Positions 57,076 to 64,000 of a DNA stretch of 64,000 bases are shown piece by piece. Each line of letters begins with the position of its first letter. Position 1 is the first letter of the stretch. The position numbers and the translations under genes were made by a program. The DNA is from the human T2T-CHM13v2.0 reference genome, Homo sapiens. Below the pieces are notes generated by a model that made no database searches, was not told the origin of the DNA, and saw only the letters and a list, made by a program, of their open reading frames with translations. The stretch is taken from the NCBI RefSeq assembly GCF_009914755.1, contig NC_060932.1; one strand, given 5' to 3'.

Positions 57076-58523
57076 GGACCTGAAAATACGTTTTTGTGAG
57101 CATTAAATTTGTTGACGTGTGAACACTGAAAAGCATCTAGCACACAGTGAGCACTGAAATGTGTTAGCTGGGATGATTTTGACTTTGCTGTTCCTCACAT
57201 AGATAGTTGGCAAAGTAATCTTTCTCTAAAACACACATCCCATCACAAACTCCCCTGTTTAGAATCTTTCAGAGCTCCCCACAGCACAAAACGGAAAACC
57301 CCCTCAGTGAGGCACACAGCTTCTTACCCAGTCCCTTCTTACCAAGTGGTGGAGGGAATCTTCCCATACCGCTCCCCCACAACCACCTACCTTGAATCAC
57401 ACAGAACTACATCTTGTCTATTGACTGTCTATGCCCCCTGCTCAAATGAGAATTCCATGAAGCTAAGAAGAGGCCACAGCACACAACAGCCATCAGTACC
57501 CATTTGTCTAGTAAATGAGTGATTTGCACCCTGCATCAGGCTGACCACACCTGGCTCTCATTCTTCTCAGATCCATTTGGGACTAGACTACTCAGCCCCT
57601 GACATCATCCTGAGTGTCCACTGACTTGACACCATCATTCTTCTGCTAAAACCCCCAGCTGCTGTTCACAGCAAGGGTGAGCCACCGGCCTCCTGGATCC
57701 TCCTGCACGTCCCTCCTCATTCTAACTACCCTTAAATTCCCTCAGTGCCTAGAAAGTCAGGCTTTCCCACTTCTGGACCCTTCCAAATGCTGCTGCCTCT
57801 ATCTGAAATACCCTCTTTCACCTGGCTAACACCTCCTCTTCCCTCGGGTCTCTGCTGGAAGCTCCTTGAGGCTGGAAATGGTCTATCTTGTCTCCTGCAG
57901 TATCCCTGGGACCTTGCAGTACCAGGCATCTGCTGGTGCATGGCTCTCTGCTCTTGAATCCTGGCTTGGCCCCAGCCTGGGGGCTCTGCCTGGGTGTTCT
58001 CAGCCCTGACCCCAGCATCTCCTGATCAGCACCTCGGCCAGCCAAATAGGCATCAGTCATGACCTGAACCATGATCCCTCCTTTACCTGGGCCCCAGACC
58101 CCTGGCTGGCCAGCACTTATTCCAGCTGTCCCAAATCAGGATCTGTCACTTCTGCCAGTGGAAACAGGAAAAGCATTGACATGGACCCATGTTAAACAAA
58201 AAAGATGACAGGAGTAACAGGGTTACTCATTGAGACATGCGTACTGACAGCATCCTTACATTCCCCTTCAATTAAACTTTGTCAAATGCATTTGGAGCGG
58301 AACAGACTTCCGTATTTAAAAAGGTATTGCAAAAAAAGAAGGCAGGGCCACAGAGGGGGCCAGAAACCAGGCACAGGGGACTCGGGCAGCTCCTCCTCTC
58401 CAGTCCATGCAGCTTCGGGCCAGCTACCCAGTGTTCTCCCAATTGGGGCTCTGACTCATGCATTAGCAGGTGATGAAATAAATTCAATGTTTCACATTCT
58501 GGGTAATTTTTAAAAGTAACAGA

Positions 58524-58981
<458 letters not shown>

Positions 58982-59499
58982 CTATTCATTTTTCCTTCCT
59001 ATATCAAAGAATTCTCCATGTTAGTTTTGCCCTGTAAGTTGCTCCTGGGTTTATGTATAGTCACTAGAACTCTAGATATGGAGATGCTGCTTTATAAACC
59101 AGAATAGGCCAGCCAGCCAGGGTCAGAGACCTCTCACTCAGATAATACAAACCGCGGGATCAGCTTGGCAAGTAGGTGACTGGTTTGGGGGAAATCTTAA
59201 GACTCCACACCCCTGGCCAGGTCTGTGGCTCCTCCTCCACTTCTAAACTGAGTGTGCCAAGCTACAGGGCTCGTGGGCTGCACCCACATCCGTGCCGCTT
59301 AAAGGGACCTGGGCCACACCCGGCTGGCACAAGGGGTGCATGGCCTGGGCCCTTCAGAAGCAAGTGTCGCTGTCTTGGGAACATCATGTAACCTCATCTG
59401 TCACTTTCCGTTCGCATTCTCTTCTCCCAGCACGGGCCCCTGGGCCGACCTTGAAGAAGCAGCCAGCCCTGAGAACCTGGGTCGGAGAGGTGGGGTCCT

Positions 59500-60480
59500 G
59501 CATGCTGGGAGCGAGACGCGGGCACACTGGGCTCTGGCAGGCAGGAGGGGCGGGAGCCGCAGAGCCAAGGGATTCCGGGTTCCAGACCCGGCTCGGCCGC
59601 CTCGTGCAAATCGCTGCTCTTACCCGAAAGTCGTGGGCAGTGTCCTTCACCGGCTGCACGCGGTGCCCCTGGTGTCGGGGGTCGGCCTGGCAGGAGCAGC
59701 ACAGCAGCTCCTTGTCCTCGAGGCAGAAGAGGCTGAGCTGTCCGCGGTGCAGGCGGCAGACACGCGAGAAGCGGTAGCTGGTCCAGCGCGCGCCCTCGGC
59801 CTCCTCGCGCAGCAGCTTCTCCACCAGGTTGTTGAGGGTGTGGTTGGTGCGCAGGTCGGCGGGTGACGCGCGGTCTTTGCACACTGGGCAGGTGGGCGAC
59901 ACCTGCACCTCCCAGCAGCGGCTCACGCACCCGCGGCAGAAGTTGTGGCCGCAGCGCAGAGTGACTGCGTCGCGGAAGGGGTCGTAGCAGACGGCGCAGA
60001 GCAACTCCTCCTTGAAGGAGCGGGAAGGCCCGGGGGACACGTCGGGACTCCGCTCCATGGCACGAGCAGCCGGCTCGGGCGCCCGGAACTTTTGCTCCGG
60101 CCCCTCCCACCCGCCCGGCTGCCAACGCCCGCGACCCGAGTGCTGGGAATCGCCCAGTCCCTTCCCCTGGAACGCTGAGAGACAGCGGCGCTGGCCAATC
60201 GTGCGGGGGGGATGGCGAGGGGGAGGGAGGGGGCGCTCGGAGGAGCCCCACCCACTTCCGGTGTGCGCGGGAAATCTTGGGAGAGCGGGGTGGGCCTTCT
60301 GCCCGCAGTTCCCGCCTCCTCAGGTCCGGGCGGGTCCCTGGCCGGGGTAGCACGGAAGGGTCTCCCAGGCGGCGTAGTAGGGCTTCCGTGTTACTGGAAA
60401 CCTACTTCCGGCTGCAAATGGGAAAAGGAGCCTCTACCTTAACCAATCCCCGGGAACCTCAGGCCCGCGGATGGGAGAAA
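59500..60480. promoter_or_regulatory. CpG island / bidirectional promoter (TRIM35 minus strand; divergent plus-strand leader)
   Basis: High GC and CpG density; ETS/GABPA-type ACTTCCGG at 60254-60261 and 60404-60411; CCAAT at 60195-60199 and 60443-60447; G-run cluster 60205-60233 with G-quadruplex pattern. Confidence 0.88.
59624..60058 (-). CDS. TRIM35: TRIM35 coding exon 1 (145 aa: C3HC4 RING finger and B-box 2)
   Basis: Translation MERSPDVSPGPSRSFKEELLCAVCYDPFRDAVTLRCGHNFCRGC...CPVC (RING), CRLHRGQLSLFCLEDKELLCCSC...HQGH (B-box 2). Start context GCCATGG; donor CGG|GTAAGA after 59624; 435 nt, phase 0. Confidence 0.97.
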
Positions 60481-60532
60481 CCAGAGATGCCAACTTCCTG
60501 CTTCCGAAGTAGTGGCTGGGTCTTAAAGCACC
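60310..60532 (+). other. PTK2B: Putative non-coding first exon of the upstream PTK2B transcript (start approximate)
   Basis: Donor ACC|GTGAGT after 60532 (alternative GCG|GTAAGG after 60637). Gene identity is from recalled head-to-head TRIM35/PTK2B arrangement; no PTK2B CDS is in the window. Confidence 0.55.
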
Positions 60533-61126
60533 GTGAGTGCAATCACCACTTAAGTTTGCAGCGCCTTTTTGAGGACCTATGCCACTCTTGCATTAGTCGT
60601 TTACTTATTTTGGCCAGTCTTCTTCTGGCCCGCCGCGGTAAGGAGAAACAAGAGAGGGGTGGCGGCAGAAGAGCTCCGAGAAAACCTGATTCTTGTCCTG
60701 TGGTTGAAAAAGTGAACAGGTCATCATGTTTCAAAGTCCATTTACTCATGAGTACAATGGCTGTAATAGCTCTGTTTCCATGAAGTGTGAGGATAAAGTG
60801 AAATAAATGTGGAAAGTGCTCATGACAACCACTGTTTTAATGGGCAAGTGCCCATTAAAACAGTGAAATTGAGGACTTCTGCAAAGTTTAGCTGAGATAA
60901 CTAGAGTTCATGCTCAATTCTTGCCAGGTACAGTAGGCCTGGATGGTTCCTTCAGATCTTCATTCCTGCTTCAGTTTGATCACTTTACAGCCTCCAGATG
61001 CAGAATACTTTTCACACGATGCACTTTCATTCCTTTTCTATTGGGAGACAATTCACATGTGTCATGTTCCTGCATGTCTTGAGAGAGCAGAGGCACTGAC
61101 TGCCTTTTTCCAACTATCTTTTCAAG

Positions 61127-61210
61127 GATGTTTCTGCATTGAATAGCCCTGGAAGACAGAATTCTTGTCTCTCCAAAGATCTGGCAGACTTATTCCCAAT
61201 TATAAGAGAT
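61127..61210 (+). other. PTK2B: Putative non-coding 5' UTR exon (LTR-derived) of the divergent transcript
   Basis: Pyrimidine tract and TTTTCAAG|GATG acceptor; GAT|GTGAGT donor; 84 nt. Gene identity from recall. Confidence 0.55.
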
Positions 61211-61812
61211 GTGAGTTTCCTAAACTTGGGGCCCCTCTCCTGTAATGCAACCTACTGTAGCCTTCATCACATAGTCTTGCAAGAATTAGGGCTCAGAAAC
61301 TGGCCCAATGACAATACTGTGACTACTATTATTGCTGTTAGTATTATCCTTTGTCTCTGACCCAGGAGTTTCATCTTTTAGCAGTATTCATGAAATTTTG
61401 GCATGCAAACTTGTTAGTGTTGAAACTCAGAAAACAATACCCCAAAATGGCCTCAAAAGCAGAAATTTTTCTCTGCCCTCCTATCTCTCAGTCCCCCAAG
61501 GATAGCCATAGAAATTAGAATTCCTTTTCCCCAAGGCAGGTCATAGAAACCAGAACCCCTTTTTCCTAAAGCCAGTCTTGAAACCTTAAAATATTACTCT
61601 TTCTCTCTGCCTTTCTGTGGAATAACTGGCCATAAAGAAATTATCTGACCTACCTTGTTTGACTGTAGGCCATAAGAGCCCGATTCCAGAGAGGGTCCTA
61701 CCCCATACCTGTTAGGGGTAGAAGGTGTCTGAGTTAACAGCAGTGAATCTGTATGGGTCTGCAGCAACCTCAATTCTTGCCTCCTTGGAAGAAAGAATTA
61801 GACTGAGGGGCA

Positions 61813-62196
61813 TGATATGGTTTGGCTGTGTCCCCACCCCAAATCTCATCTTGAATTGTAATCCCCATAATTCCCACGTGTCAAGGGAGAGACCAGGTGG
61901 AGGTAATTGAATCACAGGGGTGGTTTTCCCCCCATGCTGTTCTCCTGATAGTGAGTGAGTTCTCACGAGATCTGATGGTTTTATAAGTGTTTGGTAATTC
62001 CTCCTGTGTTCATTCTCCTTCCTGCAGCCTTGCAAAGGAGGTGTCTTGCTTCACCTTCACCTTCCACTGTGATTGTAAGTTTTCTGAGGCCTCGCCAGCC
62101 ATGCGGAACTGTGAGTCAATTAAACCTCTTTCCTTTATAAATTACCCAGTCAGTCTAAGGCAGTTCTTTATAGCAATGTGAAAATGGACTAATACA
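61813..62196 (+). mobile_element. THE1 (THE1C/D-like) MaLR LTR
   Basis: TGATATGGTTTGGCTGTGTCCCCACC...GGACTAATACA; 5-bp TSD GGGCA at 61808-61812 and 62197-62201. Confidence 0.9.
62028..62110 (+). other. PTK2B: Putative non-coding 5' UTR exon inside a THE1 LTR
   Basis: CTCCTTCCTGCAG|CC acceptor; ACT|GTGAGT donor (the usual MaLR LTR donor position); 83 nt. Gene identity from recall. Confidence 0.5.
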
Positions 62197-63107
62197 GGGC
62201 ATAAGGCAGAAAAAGCAACTGAGGCAAGTTTCAGAGCAAGAGTGGAAGTTTATTAAAAAGTTTGGGACAGAAAAGAAAGTACACTTGGAAGAGACCCAAG
62301 CGGGCAACTTGAGGGACAAGTGTGGCATTTAACCCTGATCCTGGGACTTCATATGCTGGCCCACTTCTGGAGTCTTGCTGCCCTCTCCCTTCATTCTTCC
62401 CTCAGTGTGAGCTGCCCGAATGCACAGTGCCCTCCCTATGCTTGGGAGGTGAGCATGCACCATGTGCTTAGGAATTTGTACACATGCCCATCTGAGGCTT
62501 TCTTCCCTTTTCCAGTGGAATGCCCCCGGAAGGTCATACTCCACTATTTTGTCTCTTAATGTGCATGCCCAAGCTCACTCACCCAATTTCTGAAATTTTA
62601 TTGGAAGCTGATTACCAATCTCAAGTGTTTTTATCTGTTTGGGAAATTGCCTATGCCTGGCACCTGCTTTAATATCAATTAACATCAAGTAACACTTTAG
62701 TGACAGCTGTGGACCATCAGGGAATTGTCTCTCTCCCTCTCTCTGGCCCATCTGCCAAATTATCCATTTTAGAAAGGCAGTGTGATAACTGCGAAACCAT
62801 CACCTGGCATTCTTGCTTGAGGGGATTGGGGAGGGTAGAGTCCTCTCCTGCCCTGCTCATGCCTGTCTAACTACCTGTAACATACCTGGAAGGAAGAAAT
62901 GCATGTTCGTAGAGGCCAAGAAAAATCTAGACAGACAGGCCTAGGTTCCCCACTCAGTTTATTAACATTAGCTCATACCCTTTTGTTCAATCATATTTCT
63001 ACACAGCTACTCATACTTTGCTGAACCTAAGCATGAAAATGAGCCATTTCCAGTCTATCTTTAGGTCTTCATTCTGAAGGCTCCCATGTCACATAAAACT
63101 ATGATCA

Positions 63108-63792
<685 letters not shown>

Positions 63793-64000
63793 TTAACCTT
63801 TTTGTCAGTGATTTGCAGTGAAACTTCAAGGGGCAAAGGAGACGTTTTCCCTTGGCCCACACATTAGCTTGCAAGTAGGGTAAAATCTCAGACCTTTAAA
63901 GTTCTTAATAATTTCTTTCCACACTTTTCCTCAGCATAGTCCTTTCCTCACAATGACAAGGGATGAATACCACTAACTCTAATTGCCTTCAGTGTTTCTT

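Larger units (their letters stand above)
61710..62882 (-). mobile_element. MER50-like ERV1 LTR
   Basis: TG...CA termini; TSD TACC at 61706-61709 and 62883-62886. Confidence 0.75.

Noticed and set aside
59384-59623. Extension of the exon 1 ORF to 224 aa
   Set aside because: Read-through past a canonical donor at 59624 into intron 1; no sign of a terminal exon.
59394-60353. 319-aa minus-strand ORF and several plus-strand ORFs over TRIM35 exon 1
   Set aside because: GC-rich shadow frames of the CpG island, mostly non-ATG starts, with no recognisable domain.

Overview
Primate (human-like) genomic DNA, dense in Alu, L1 and LTR repeats; it is not prokaryotic, and nearly all ORFs in the supplied track are repeat or GC-shadow artefacts. 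The one well-supported protein-coding gene is TRIM35 on the minus strand: six coding exons (435+96+231+23+119+578 nt = 1482 nt, 493 aa; RING, B-box 2, coiled coil, PRY/SPRY), all with GT-AG junctions checked by hand. Its CpG-island promoter (~59.5-60.5 kb) looks bidirectional, with plus-strand non-coding exon candidates I attribute to the upstream PTK2B leader; two of these lie in a four-level nested LTR/Alu stack. A promoter and non-coding first exon near 7.2-7.4 kb (minus strand) is attributed to STMN4. Both attributions rest on recalled chr8p21 gene order, not on coding sequence in this window. Best leads: (1) TRIM35 exon 3 is flanked by inverted Alus and, as a circle, would be a stop-free 231-nt ORF with a strong Kozak ATG (rolling-circle translation candidate); (2) a strong acceptor plus (UG)20 in the putative STMN4 intron 1, resembling a TDP-43-repressed cryptic exon; (3) an orphan CpG-rich promoter-like element at ~23.3 kb. 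All three are hypotheses; I found no clearly new gene system.
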